64,000 bases of DNA, from assembly GCA_950097015.1 (NCBI GenBank), contig CATNEN010000007.1:372001-436000 (forward strand), in the 5' to 3' direction. Position 1 is the first letter of the stretch, and every line of letters begins with the position of its first letter. The notes below the pieces were generated by a model, which made no database searches, was not told the origin of the DNA, and saw only the letters and a list, made by a program, of their open reading frames with translations. Positions 43,014 through 55,900 of this stretch are shown in pieces. Source of the stretch: Macrostomum hystrix (Eukaryota > Animalia > Platyhelminthes). A program made the position numbers and the translations under genes.

Positions 43014-46000
43014 TCACACGAACCCGTCTTCAAAGACGAAGTCATTGTCGGAGTCGTCTGAGCAGAGGGAGACCCGATTGACCAGACAGTCTACCTGATG
43101 TCGGTGCGGCGACAGCTTCTGAAACTCCGTGTCTAGGATGCTGCTTCGTTCGTCATCCTCGTCATCGGGAGCTACGGCAGCTGATGGGGCGGCAGCGGCG
43201 GCTGCAGCTACGGGGCAGGCAACGGACAGGGAGGCTGTGGTTTCCCAGCTGTTGTGGCCCTCGCCGCATCGGTAGAGCTGGGCTGGCAAGCGCGTGGTGG
43301 AGCTCGAATCCAGCGAGCCATCTTCTGGGGTGAGGGAACAGGGACGGCCAGAGTTTTTTTCTCCCTACGCAAAAGTACATGCAGAATCCAGCCACTCACT
43401 GTGATTGGCGCAGCTGCCGCTGCTCGAGGCCTGCTTGCGGTAGTGGCAGGAGTTGACCGTCAGCCGACGGACATTCTTTTCCGGGTGGAAATAGATCACA
43501 TAGAGCTTCGGCGTGAAGAGGCAGGCCAGTGCCACGCTGGCTGACAAAGAGATGCTCACACAAAGAGTGCAGATTTGCACCTGCGGGCCGCGGGCGGCGA
43601 TGCGGCATCACGTTGGTGAGGGAGTGAGGGAATCTGATGAGGAAGTGAGGGAATCTGGTGAGGGAGTGAGGGAATCTGATGAGGAAGTGAGGGAATCTGG
43701 TGAGGGAGTGAGGGAATCTGATGAGGGAGTGGGGGAATCTGATGAGGAAGTGAGGGAATCTGTTGAGGGAGTGAGGGAATCTGGTGAGGGAGTGAGGGAA
43801 TCTGATGAGGGAGTGGGGAATTTGATGAGGAAGTGAGGGAATCTGGTGAGGAAGTGAGGGAATCTGGTGAGGGAGTGGGGAATCTGATGAGGAAGTGAGG
43901 GAATCTGATGAGGAAGTGAGGGAATCTGATGAGGAAGTGAGGGAATCTGGTGAGGGAGTGAGGGAATCTGATGAGGGAGTGGGGAATCTGATGAGGAAGT
44001 GAGGGAATCTGATGATGGAGTGGGGAATCTGATGAGGGAGTGGGGAATCTGATGAGGAAGTGAGGGAATCTGGTGAGGGAGTGAGGGAATCTGGTGATGG
44101 AGTGGGGAATCTGGTGAGGAAGTGAGGGAATCTGGTGAGGGAGTGAGGGAATCTGATGAGGGAGTGGGGAATCTGATGAGGAAGTGAGGGAATCTGGTGA
44201 GGGAGTGAGGGAATCTGATGAGGGAGTGGGGAATCTGATGAGGAAGTGAGGGAATCTGGTGAGGGAGTGAGGGAATCTGGTGATGGAGTGGGGAATCTGA
44301 TGATGGAGTGGGGAATCTGGTGAGGAAGTGAGGGAATCTGATGATGGAGTGGGGAATCTGGTGAGGAAGTGAGGGAATCTGATGATGGAGTGGGGAATCT
44401 GGTGAGGAAGTCAGGGAATCTGGTGAGGAAGTGAGGGAATCTGATGATGGAGTGGGGAATCTGGTGAGGAAGTGAGGGAATCTGATGATGGAGTGGGGAA
44501 TCTGGTGAGGAAGTGAGGGAATCTGGTGAGGAAGTGAGGGAATCTGATGATGGAGTGGGGAATCTGGTGAGGAAGTGAGGGAATCTGGTGAGGAAGTGAG
44601 GGAATCTGGTGAGGAAGTGGGAATCTGGTGAGGAAGTGGGAAAGGGAGGGAATCCAAAATAAAAAGTTGGGATCTGTGGCACCTGATGTTTTATTGTAAG
44701 TACTTATCTAGAACTTTCCCTTGGCATCTTCCTTTTCTCCTTGGCAAATTCAGTGATTTCAGCATAAGTTTTACATCGAGCTGCATTTTCATATGATTTG
44801 TGGCCCAATTAAATTTTGAAAAAGCCGAGCTATCTTTGGCGCTCTATTCTGAATGCAAGCCAAAGTTAACATCAGAAGGAACTGGATCGCTGAATAAAAA
44901 AAGCATCAGCCCTCAGTCGAGCCTGGAGTTTGCTTCATGGATTGCTCACGCGAGGAAAGTCTCTGTTAGTGCATGCTTCCACCTACAAACCAGACAGTCT
45001 TGGTGAATCTGATTAACGGGACGCTACTCGTAAAACAACCCAAAAAGACGTTGAAAATACAATTTGGGGTAAATATGGTAAGAGCCTCTGGCTACTGACT
45101 GAGAGGTTATGAGTTCGAATCTTAGCCAAAGGGAAATAGTAAATGCATTTGAGCAGGAAAATCACGTGACCTGTGTGCTTCAGTTTACCAAGCTGTAAAA
45201 AGGTTACTAGCATCAGCCGGCTGTAATACTGGCCCTACTGGGGTTGGTTTAACAGCGTAATTTGCATTTCTATTTCTCTGTTGCCAGGCATAATGACATC
45301 CATTCTGATCACCTCAAATGACGACTGAGTACCGAAGTACAGCGGCAGGAAGGCCAGCCAGATGATGCAGGTGGTGTACATGGTGAAGCCGATGAATTTG
45401 GACTCGTTGAAGTTCTCTGGAATCCGGCGAGTCCTCACCGCATAATAGGTGCACACGACAATCAGGAACATGTTGTACACCAGAGAGCCGACGAAGGACT
45501 TCTCGTCGATGCTGCAGCGCAGGATGGCTTCAAGCCGTTGCGGCTGTTGAATGCGCGTGTCGGGCGGGCTGAGCAGCAGCCAGACGGTGGAGCACGCCAG
45601 CTGCAGGCCGACCAGCCCGGCTCCGATGAGCAGCTGGGAGCGTGGCGAGATGAAAGGCGGCCTCCTAGCGCTGCTGTTCGCGGCCTCGAAGATGCGAGCG
45701 ATCCGGTTGGTCTTGGTGAGCAGCGAGGAGTACATCACGGAGAAACCCAGCCCGATTCCCACTCGCTGGAAGCCGCAAGCAGCTGGGGACGGCTTCACAA
45801 GCAGCAGGAAGGTCATGAGGTAGCACAGAAGGCAGCCAGACAGCAGCAGGTAAGAGAGCTCGCGACCTGAGGCCTTCACGATCGGCGTGTCGTTGAAGCG
45901 CACGAATGTTGCTGCGACCAGCAGAGTGCACACAATGCCGATTGAACTCAGGGCCATTGGCACTACCGAGAACCAGCTAGTCCATTGCATGTGCTGAATC

Positions 46001-49000
46001 TATCACCACAATGGGCGGGTTATAATAATAATAATAATTGCAGGAGGGCTGCCGGCAATGGCACATCATTTGGTGACACTAGACCCGCAGCCAGCGAGGA
46101 GGCAATTCTGCCCATTTCGCTGACTCCTGAGTACACACACGCACACCGATACCGAACGCAGGCATACGCTCACACAGGTGTGTACGTCTGCCCTGACTTT
46201 CTCATCGTCAGCAGTGTACACTCTCACTGTGCCTTGGAGGCTCACTTCTTGTCAGGCTTACCTGCAGCGGCAGGCAGCGGGTCTTGTTCCAGTCCGGTCC
46301 CTCGAACTGTCCGCAGTCGACGCAGGCGTCGCGGGTCTCAGCAACTCGCTGATGCGCCAGACAGTCGGTGCAGCTCCAGCAGCACTTGTCTTTCCCCGCA
46401 CCCGTGCGGCCGTACATGCGACGCTGGCCTGGCTCGCAATCCTCGCTGCACCGCGACCTCGGCACGTCCAGCAGCGAGCCGTACCAGTAGATGCGCCGAT
46501 CAGCTCTCCAGGACAGGCCCGTGATGTTGCTCCAGCCGCCCACTTCGCTGTAGTCGTAGTGGCGAGTCTCCCGATTGCGCTGGTAGTTGTAAATGCGGTA
46601 GGCGCCAACGCCGTCGCCGTTCTTTGTGAACTGGACTTTTCGCTTGGCCGAGTCTGCGAATTGATCGATTGTCTGACTCCTGAGCACCTGAGGTATGAAC
46701 ATCTACCCTGACTTTCTCATCGTCAGGCGGAGTACACTCTCACTGTCAGAGTACACTCTCCTTGGAGTTTTTGCCATCAAGGGTGAATATTGCATGAAAC
46801 AAGTCAACCAAGAATTTATGCAGTTAGTGAACCAAGCACTGATGGAGTTGGTGAACCAAGCACGATGGAGTTGGTGAACTAAGCACTGATGGAGTTGGTG
46901 AACCAAGCACTGATGGAGTTGGTGAACCAAGCACTGATGGAGTTGGTGAAACAAGCACTGATGGAGTTGGTGAACTAAGTATCGATGGAGTTGGTGAACT
47001 AAGTATCGATGGAGTTGGTGAAACAAGCACTGATGGAGTTGGTGAACCAAGCACTGATGGAGTTGGTGAAACAAGCACTGATGGAGTTGGTGAACCAAGC
47101 ACTGATGGAGTTGGTGAACCAAGCACTGATGGAGTTGGTGAAACAAGCACTGATGGAGTTGGTGAGCCAAATTTTATGTGGTTGGAGGTGTCAATGAAGT
47201 AATCTGATTGCATTTAACCTTTCGCTGATGTAGTCTTATAATTTCGCAATGCATCGCGAATCGAAGATTGCTTCACAGCTCTGGTGCATCTGCTCCAAAG
47301 CGGATTGACTGACAGCCTTCAAACCTGCTGTCAACAGCCTTAAATTCCATTCTGAAATCTTTCTAGTCACGAAAGAGTTCTGAAATATTCACATGTCAGC
47401 TCAGTCTAAAAGCGAGTTTCAAAATAACCACACAGATCGCACACTGGGATAAAAAGCCATTCGGACTCGTGCGCGCTACTCCACCCAGTAACCCGACCCT
47501 CTCCTGTCGGCATATTCGCCAGAAGCTGTGACGTCATCAAAGTCAAATGAAGCCCTTGGCTGACAGAAAAATACGACAAGCGAATGCTTGGATTGAAACA
47601 AAAGCAAAGCTACCTTGACAACTATTTCTGGCTACAATATCTGGCCCTATTCTTTGTCCTATCGGTTACTGAATAGTACGCTCGTATCAGTGGGAAATTA
47701 ACTGGTTCCAGAGAGGCTATAGGACACGGAGCAATGGGCACAGCCAGCCAGCACAGTGAGCTAAATTATCTTCGAAAATGCTTACAGCAGCTTCCCGCTT
47801 TCACCCTCCGTTCAGTCGGGGTTAGGGAGCAGATCCCATGTCTCCCCACCCCACTATCCAGGGAGCGTTTCGATATAATTGCTCCGCCCGCCGGACCCCA
47901 AGTCCCTGTTCCTCTCTCTCTTCTCTCTTTCACCCATTTTTTCTCAAAGCCTTTCATCTTTTGCGCTGCCCGTGTTTGTGTTTCAGTCTTTTGCCGTTTT
48001 TTTTCTTTCACCAACTGGGATTGGCAGCGAGACGAATTAGGAAAACGACGGATGCAGCCTGTAGCGGATTTACTTTTAGTAGCAAAATCTGGCGCGGGCA
48101 ACGCTGCTTTGCGCCACGATTTTCATTAAACTCGTGGATCACATTCTCACCTCGTTATCTTGCTGATTTTCTGCCCTTCTCCTAACCTTCCTCCTTTCTC
48201 ACACATCTCTCCTTTCACTATCTTATACTATCTCTCCCCTATCTCACCTCTCCTATCTGTCACATCCCTCTCTCATCCACGGGGAGGAGGAAGTGAGGGG
48301 AGAGGAGGTGGTGAGGGGAGAGGAGGAAGTGAGGGGAGAGGAGGAAGTGAGGGGAGAGGAGGAGGTGAGGGGAGAGGAGGAAGTGAGGGGAGAGGAGGAA
48401 GTGAGGGGAGAGGAGGAGGTGAGGGGAGAGGAGGAAGTGAGGGGAGAGGAGGAAGTGAGGGGAGAGGAGGAGGTGAGGGGAGAGGAGGAAGTGAGGGGAG
48501 AGGAGGAAGTGAGGGATAGGAGGAAGTGAGGGGAGAGGAGGAAGTGAGGGGAGAGGAGGAAGTGAGGGGAGAGGAGGAGGTGAGGGGAGAGGAGGAAGTG
48601 AGGGGAGAGGAGGAAGTGAGGGGAGAGGAGGAAGTGAGGGGAGAGGAGGAAGTGAGGGGAGAGGAGGAAGTGAGGGGAGAGGAGGAAGTGAGGGGAGAGG
48701 AGGAAGTGAAGGATGAGGCTATGTCATCTTCACCAAGTGTCGGATTATAATCCTCCAATTCTTCGCCTCTTTTGGGCCTTCGCCTTCGTCTTACGTTTTC
48801 ATGTACTTTTAGTCCCCTTAACACATTAGTTGCAGCTAACCTTATTTATTGTCTGTGACCTCATCCATTTGCGTTTACCACTTTTATATCTATGTACCAC
48901 CGGTACAGGCTCAAGACCACCTCTCCGTTACAGGTTCTCTTAGCGTGTATGCGTGCCTTCAAGCGTGTCCATGTTCCTTTCTATCTGCCTTACCTTTGCT

Positions 49001-51725
49001 TCCACTGCCACTAAATAAACTATATATCTACCAAATTATACTAACTTAGTTGATTGTCAAAACGACACCAAGTTTCAGCAATGGCAAACACATTTGAAGC
49101 AGGCCTTATTATCGGTAAGTGTACAATTCAGAAAAGCACTGATTCGCGCACTTTGAGCAGACTCAGTGCCAAATAGGAAGTGCAGCCTTGCCCGGGTCAC
49201 TAACTCGAGGCAGTGGTGAAATCGGCAAAATAAAAGTTAATACTTGAGAGATAGAGAAAATGAGTTTGAGGGAGGAGTTGAGTAGGCTTGAGTAGACTAA
49301 CACGCAAGATCCCAGCTCAGCCACAAGCCGTGAGCACAGTTGAATAGCTCAAGCTTCAGATCTGTTACAATGGTGGCCGGTGCCCCGGTGCCAGATCTGG
49401 TTCAGTTACACGCCGCACGCGATATTCTCACAGCGAGTCTCTGCCGAGTCTCTCACTTGGCGGTACCACGACAGTCGAGAAGTAGAGAAAAGTTTCAGAA
49501 ACAGGACAACTCAACAGGCTAGACTCAATCCAAACAGAAAAAAATAACTTGTCTATTTGCGGAACAGATTCTCTCTCATTTATCACATTGGGACTTTTCG
49601 ATAAAGTCATCATCTGGCCCAGGTAGAACTGCAAGCTGCAAAGTTACACACAGCGGAGCTGAATAAACGAGTCACTTCGGCTGCTTCAGGAGCTCAGCTG
49701 CTCGGTGCTCGTAAGACTAAAAATAGTACCTGAAAGTGCAACATTGCGGAACTAAAACTGACTCGGTGAGCTGATGACTTGATGACTTGTTGAGTTGATG
49801 TGTTGGTGAGTTGTTGAGTTGTTGAGTTGTTGAGTGAGTGAGTGAGCGAGTGAGTGAGTAAGCAACTTAATAATAATAATAATTGCAGGATAATTGTACA
49901 TCATTTGGTGACACTAGACCCGCAGGAGGCAATTCTGCCCATTTCGCTGACTCCTGAGCACACACGCACAGAGATACCGTACGCAGGCATACGCTCACAC
50001 AGGGTGTCTACATCTGCCCTGTCTTTCTCATCGTTATGCAGTGTACCCGGCCACTGTGCCTTGGAGGTTGGTGCTTAAGGGCATAAATTGCACGACAAGC
50101 CCCCAAGCCTTCTCTCCGCGGCCGCACCCCAAATAAATATGGCCTCGCCGTGGAATCGAACCGTGCTGCGAGAGCGCTCTGCCACCGACCCCTCCCAAGT
50201 GTGAGTGCGTGAGCAACTTACTGACAAAGAAGTTCTCGGGTGCAATGAGCAGGCTGTAGAGCTCCTTGCCGGGGAACTGTGTGAGGTTGGTGACGCACTG
50301 GTCGAACAGGCCGCTGGCTTTGGTATCGGCGCTGCTCGGCTGCTCCGCGCAGGCATGCCGCATCGCCTTCTCCAAGCCGTGAGCGAAGGCATAAACTGCG
50401 TCGTAGACAAACTGGACCTTGTGCTCCTGCCGAAACTTCTCAGCCTCGATGCTCATATCATCGCGACACCTGACCGTGGCATTGCTGACTCCGTTATTTA
50501 ATCGGCAGTTAAATTTCTGTTGCCAGAATTCGTCGAAGAAATGATTTGAGAAGCTGCCATTGCTGGCTAGAGTTCGCGGCTGTGCGGGCCGCAGCTGGGT
50601 AAAGTACTGGCTGAAGCCTGGCACCTCGCTGCTGGCGATCTCCAGCGTCAGCGCCCCGCTAGCCACCTCCGTGTTGTTGGTCACGGGCAGGTAGCTCTTG
50701 CCCCAGCCGTCAGCTGAGAGCCAGACGAAGCCGCTGCTGAGATTGGCTCGACGCACCGCGTCCAAGAATAGCTCGGTGTGGTCCTCTCGGGTGAACATGA
50801 CGACAACTCGGGCGCGCTTCTGCTGCTCTCGAAGCCGCTCGACGCTGGCGTCCAGCTCAACCTTGGTGGGCTCCAAATTGATCAGGAGGCGCTCGGCCAC
50901 GCAGACGTCCATCTTGTCGAGCTCCGCTTCGAAGCTCTGAATGCCACCCTCGCCGTAGTCGCCTTTGCTGAAGACCGTGGACACGAAGGTCCAGTTGAAG
51001 TAGGCCACAATGTCAGCCAAGGCCCGGGCTTGCTCAGTGTCAGACGGAAGGGTCCGGGCGAAGAACTCGAAGCGAGTCTTGTCGCCCAGAGCAGATGAGG
51101 TCGAGGCATAACTGATCTGCGGGATGGCGAACAGGCGCAGCAGGTTCGCCACCTGGACGCTCACCTGGCTGTAAGCGCCGCCGACAACGCCGCGGATCGG
51201 CTTGGCAGCTCTGCCGGCGGGTGTCGCGGTGGCCGCCGCGGCTGCCGAGTAGCGAACCGCTGGCAGGAAGCTTCCGTTGCCATGCCGACACGTATAGCTG
51301 GTGTCCACAACCTCCTGATTGAGTGAGCTTTTTACAAACTCCAATGCCCTCTCCAGCGCGGTGGTGTCTTTCGAGCAGGTGTCAAACAGCAGGCCGCCCA
51401 GGTGGATCTTGTGTCGGCCGTAGCGCAGCAGGCTGGCGTTTGCGTTCACCTCCTGCAGGGTGAAGATCATCGCCTCCATGCGCTGAATGCCCCGATGGCT
51501 GTCCATACGGCCGCAGCGGGCCTCGCCTGTTGAGGTCTCAGCGCTGCTGTGGATGGGGAATAGGCCGCCCAGAATGATGTCACCGTCGATTGACACGCCT
51601 CGGTGGCTGTTGTCCGGCGGCAGCGGCGGCTGCTGCTGCAACGCATCATTTTCCGGTGAGGCAGCGAACAGAACTAGCAGTAAAAGTTCTGCAAAAGGCT
51701 GTCTCCGACCGCGCCGCAGCCTCAT
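43014..51725 (-). CDS. mGluR: Metabotropic glutamate receptor (class C GPCR, group II/III-like); exons 51725-50222, 46653-46262, 45993-45313, 43580-43400, 43324-43014, about 1022 aa
   Basis: [42 protein letters not shown] (Venus flytrap); cysteine-rich CSEDC..CCWSC; 7[57 protein letters not shown]. Summed exons = 3069 nt, in frame. Confidence 0.95.
43612..44645. repeat. G-rich 20-21-bp minisatellite in mGluR intron 3
   Basis: Units gagggagtgagggaatctgat / gaggaagtgagggaatctggt; source of spurious ORFs 43396-44682 and 43608-44657. Confidence 0.95.
46019..46240 (-). mobile_element. SINE 3' fragment in mGluR intron 2
   Basis: Reverse complement of the SINE 3' half with (ATT)n tail. Confidence 0.8.
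46825..47165. repeat. 24-bp minisatellite, about 14 copies
   Basis: Unit tgatggagttggtgaaccaagcac. Confidence 0.92.
48280..48712. repeat. 18-bp purine-rich minisatellite, about 24 copies
   Basis: Unit gaggggagaggaggaagt. Confidence 0.95.
49868..50196 (-). mobile_element. SINE copy with deletion in the tRNA head, just inside mGluR intron 1
   Basis: Minus strand gggaggggtcggtggcagagcg...ggttcgattccacggcgaggcc through to the ATT tail. Confidence 0.85.
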
Positions 51726-52956
51726 GCTGATTTTGTGTGCAACTTGGCGGAAACAAATAAGGCCTCACAGCAGGCTCTATATACTAGTGTTTTTTCTGCA
51801 TTTCCTTCTAGAACCTTCCTCTGTTCAAAGAACTGGCGCTCACCCAGAGCGGAGGCTGAGACGGCTGAGATGGGAGACTGGCAGATGTGAGTTCGTGCTC
51901 AGAGCTATTGGCTACTCCATCCAGGAGGCTGGGGGGATCTTTCAAACTCGAGCTTTCACGTATCGACGTGTGACATTCGAAGACACAGTTTAATATAAAC
52001 CTAAAAACGATGCAGTTCGGTTCAGATTAGCAGAGCGGCTTTGCGGACGGAGAAGCCGGCGTCCAGCTTTAGCCAGCAAGCAATTAAATAAATCAGAAAG
52101 CCAAACTACTGCGCTGCGCAGGAAGCAACGCGACACAGTTTTTTCGGGGCGGGTTTAGAGACAGCAGGATCGGCGCCATAAGCTTGAGAAGTTTTAGAAG
52201 ACGGGAAAAACTTTTATTTGTAGCTTGACACGACTCTGTTAAAACACTGTGCTCCGTTGGCTCAATGGCAAAACACCTTAACAGACAGTTTTTATATGAA
52301 ATAGCTTCAGATAGTTTCAGTTCCAAATCCATGACTGGCCAGATAGAAGCGAATTTAGAAGGTTTCGATTTAACAGAAAGGTTTGTTAAAATGCAATTCA
52401 ATGTCTATTTTTGTGAAAATTTCTGCTTATATTACCAAACCCAGAAGAAGAATGTGTACTCTTGATCAAAACATATAACTCGCCAATGTGCCACTGCCTA
52501 TACATCTGTGCTTCGTGTCTTTTTTACCTGGTATTTATCTATTATATGGCAAAAAGTAAGTCCTGCAATTTTCAGTAAAACCAATCAATAAAATTGCATT
52601 TCAATTTGTTTCAAGAAGAAACTACAAATCACCTTGAAATAAAAGTATACCTTTTTGCAATTGAATTCGCCGAAACTGCAAAACAATTCCCCATAGAAGC
52701 CAATGTGGTTTAAAAATAGTAAGCCCATAGTAATATAGGCATCCGCCTTTGTAAGATTAGTTCGAATATTTAAATTGACCATCGCTTAGACAAAGAGATA
52801 GAGAGAGGGGAGCGAAAAAACGAAGAGACAAGACTTTCCGAGCTGGGATATTGCTATTGACGATTCCATAGAAAAAGCATTGTTTGTTTGTGTGCTCCTG
52901 TCACTTTCGAACTTTGGCTGCTTTCTTTGCACGTGTCGACGCTTTTGCGAATTGGC

Positions 52957-55900
52957 CTACAGACTGCAGCACGAGTTCCAGGACACCACCTGGCTTGCTG
53001 AATAGTAGATGCCATCGTAACAGACTGCAATGAAATCAGGGATGCTGGAACTTTCAGCCCTAGTAACAGCAATAATAAATACCAGGTATTTGCAGGAGGG
53101 CTGTGGACACTAGAGGTTCATTTGGTAACAGTGGAACCGTGGGAGGCAGTTTTTCCAATTGTGCTCACCTCTGAGTTCTGACCAAAACCGCACACAGGTA
53201 AGCAGGCGCACACACAGGGGGTGTAAATCAGCCCTTGACATTGACACAGTCGGGCAGTGTACTGTTTTACTGTACCTTGGGGGTTGGTCGTGAAGGGCGT
53301 AAAATTAACGACAAGCCCCAGGCCTTTCCTCGGCGGGTGCACCTTAAATGAATCGAGCTCATGGACCCTGGTTAGAGAGGCACAGGTGTTAATCGCTCTG
53401 CTACCCACTCCTCCCCAAATTGAGTCCTAACTTCTCAAGATCAGAAGCACACTCCGCATTCATTCATTCAGTTGATATGCGAATCAGGCTTTACATTTCC
53501 AATTGCCGGCACTGTACGCGTTGCAAGCGGCGCCAGTGACCCCGGCGGCAAAGTTGGTGGACACAGTCCAGTTGACAACTTCCCGGTAGACCAGAGAAGT
53601 GGAGGTGGCGGCAGCGGCAATCAATGTGCCTTTGTAGGACTCTGGGTTTGTGGCAGTCCAGGTAACGCCATTGTCCTCGGAAACCAAGAAGGAGCGGTTG
53701 TCTGTGCCATTGCCTGTGCAGCCCTGTGCGTAACCATAGAGACGGTTGGTGGCTTGGTGGTAAGCAACAATGCTGCCTACAGCTGGGCCCAGGTCTGAAA
53801 TCAAGCAGGTTATGTATATTGTTCTTTCAATGCCAAATGTTTTACTCGAATATTGCAGAACTCAGTCAGTTATTCAGACTTACAGAACCACTTCCTCATC
53901 TGAGCGCTGGTGGAACGGAAGCACTTGGCTGTTCCGGTCAGGTCCTCAAGGCTGCTTGGCACATGATCGCAGTAGTAAATGGTCTCACTGGGATCATTCA
54001 GGTACAGGTAGCTGCGGCTGCAGTGGCCTTGATCGTACGGCTGCCGGTTGCACGGGTCTGGCCAAGGTACATTTAGCCAATTAGAAGCACCGGTAATGAG
54101 AGTATCTACTGAGATCAAGCAGAGATCTATGCGCTGTCTGTAAAACTCACCGAAAGCGTAACTGTCGACACTTGACGTGTAGTTGCAGCCGAACAGGTCG
54201 AAGCGGACAATGACCTCGGCGTCTTGCGTGCTGGTATCGCAGACGCTGATGCGGATGCCCCTGCCGACTAGACGAGGCTCAACAGAAAAGTTGGCCACGT
54301 GGCCCACGTAGCGACTGCTGATGTACATCTAGAATTGTGAGTCATATTGAAGCTCTATAGAAAGCATGTTACGTGTATGTGCAGGTTGAGAAGTGTACTC
54401 ACAGTCTTATGCAGACTGTAGGCCCTGCCATCCATTGTCTTGTACACGTTTAGGCAGGTTGGCCGGTTAGAGTCATTGGAGTACATAATGATGCGGCTGA
54501 TTTTCATCAGGGTGCCAAACAGCACGTTGACGTAGCGGAAGTTCTTATAGTCGCCGCCGCGCACGTGCGGCTTCCAGCCGTTCAGCGAGGGACGCACTTT
54601 GTGCACTTCGTAGCCGGCGAAGGGCGCCATGAACGAGGAAATCTGGCAGTCGCGGATCTTGCTTGTGTCGTTCATGCCGAGGTCCAGGCTGCAAGCTGCA
54701 GTAAGCGGAAATCAATAGATCGTTTATCGTTTTTTTTCAACTCAACTCGTACGGGAGAGCAGCTTGGAATTAATAAATAGGCACTCACAGTCAGGTGGCA
54801 TAGAGGCTCCTCGGACCTGGAAGAACACGGAACCTGATTTGCGATACCACTTGTAACTGTTGGGATTGCCAACGCGATCGTACATCTTGTACACAAACTC
54901 GTACACCGATGTGGCATTCGAAGTCTCGCGGCCTCCGGGCAGAATTTGATTTTCCTTCATAGCGATGTTGAAGCTGAAGGTCACAGTCTCGGCCAGAAAG
55001 ATTGTGTTGTTGAACTGGAAGCCATGTGGTGGCAGGTGATAGTAGCTTATTACTGGCTGAACTGTTCGGATTCTAAGCTAAATTCTTGAAAGCTTGGGGA
55101 ACAACTTAACAGATTTGGAAATTATAAACAATAATAATAATAATTGCAGGAGGGCTGCGGGCAATGGCACATCATTTGGTGACACTAGACCCGCAGGAGG
55201 CAATTCTGCCCATTTCGCTGACTCCAGAGCACACACGCACACAGATACTGTACGCAGGCACACATTCAAACTGGTGTGTACATCTGCCCTGACTTTCTCA
55301 TTGTCAGGCAGTGTACACTTCACTGAGCCTTGGGGTTGGCCCTCAAGGGCGTAAATTGCACGACATGCCCCCCAAACCTTCTCTCCGCGGCTGCGCCCCA
55401 AATGAATGTGACCTCGCTGCGGACTCGAACTCAGGTACATTAGTGCGAGAGGCAAACGTGTTAACGTAACAGTGTAACCTTGCAACGAGGGGCTACATCT
55501 ATGAGTATGAACGAATATTAAACCTGAGTCATTTGATAATTTTATCTGAGAATATAAACAGTGTGATAACGAAAGAAAAAATGAGGGGATTTTTTACTTA
55601 AGAACTTTTCAAGACAATAGAAACTGCAGCCCAAGGCGGACTCAGGAGATTTAGTTAAACTACTAATAAGTAGTAGTTAAAGAGCATCTATGCTTGAGTA
55701 CAGTGAAATCTCACCGTAAACTTCATTCCTCCCTCGGGTCGCTCAGTGGCTATGATGGCACCTGAGACGTACGACACACTGCTCAAATTCACCAGCCTGA
55801 CGTAGGGCGGCGTGTGCAGGAAGAACACGGACCTCTGAATCTCGGCCGTGGACCAGTTCGAGCAGCTCAGGTTCACCCATAAGGTGATGATTTCTCTGCA

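Noticed and set aside
43396-44682. Long ORFs of 428 and 349 aa (PHQIPSL / SSPDSLT repeats)
   Set aside because: Translation of a G-rich intronic minisatellite that lacks stops; not a gene.
45068-45130. tRNA-like sequence (tggtaagagc...gagttcgaatc)
   Set aside because: The cloverleaf cannot be closed; treated as a decayed tRNA-derived fragment.
46703-48824. Repetitive ORFs ([20 protein letters not shown]) and similarly 24000-24338
   Set aside because: Minisatellite translations inside introns.
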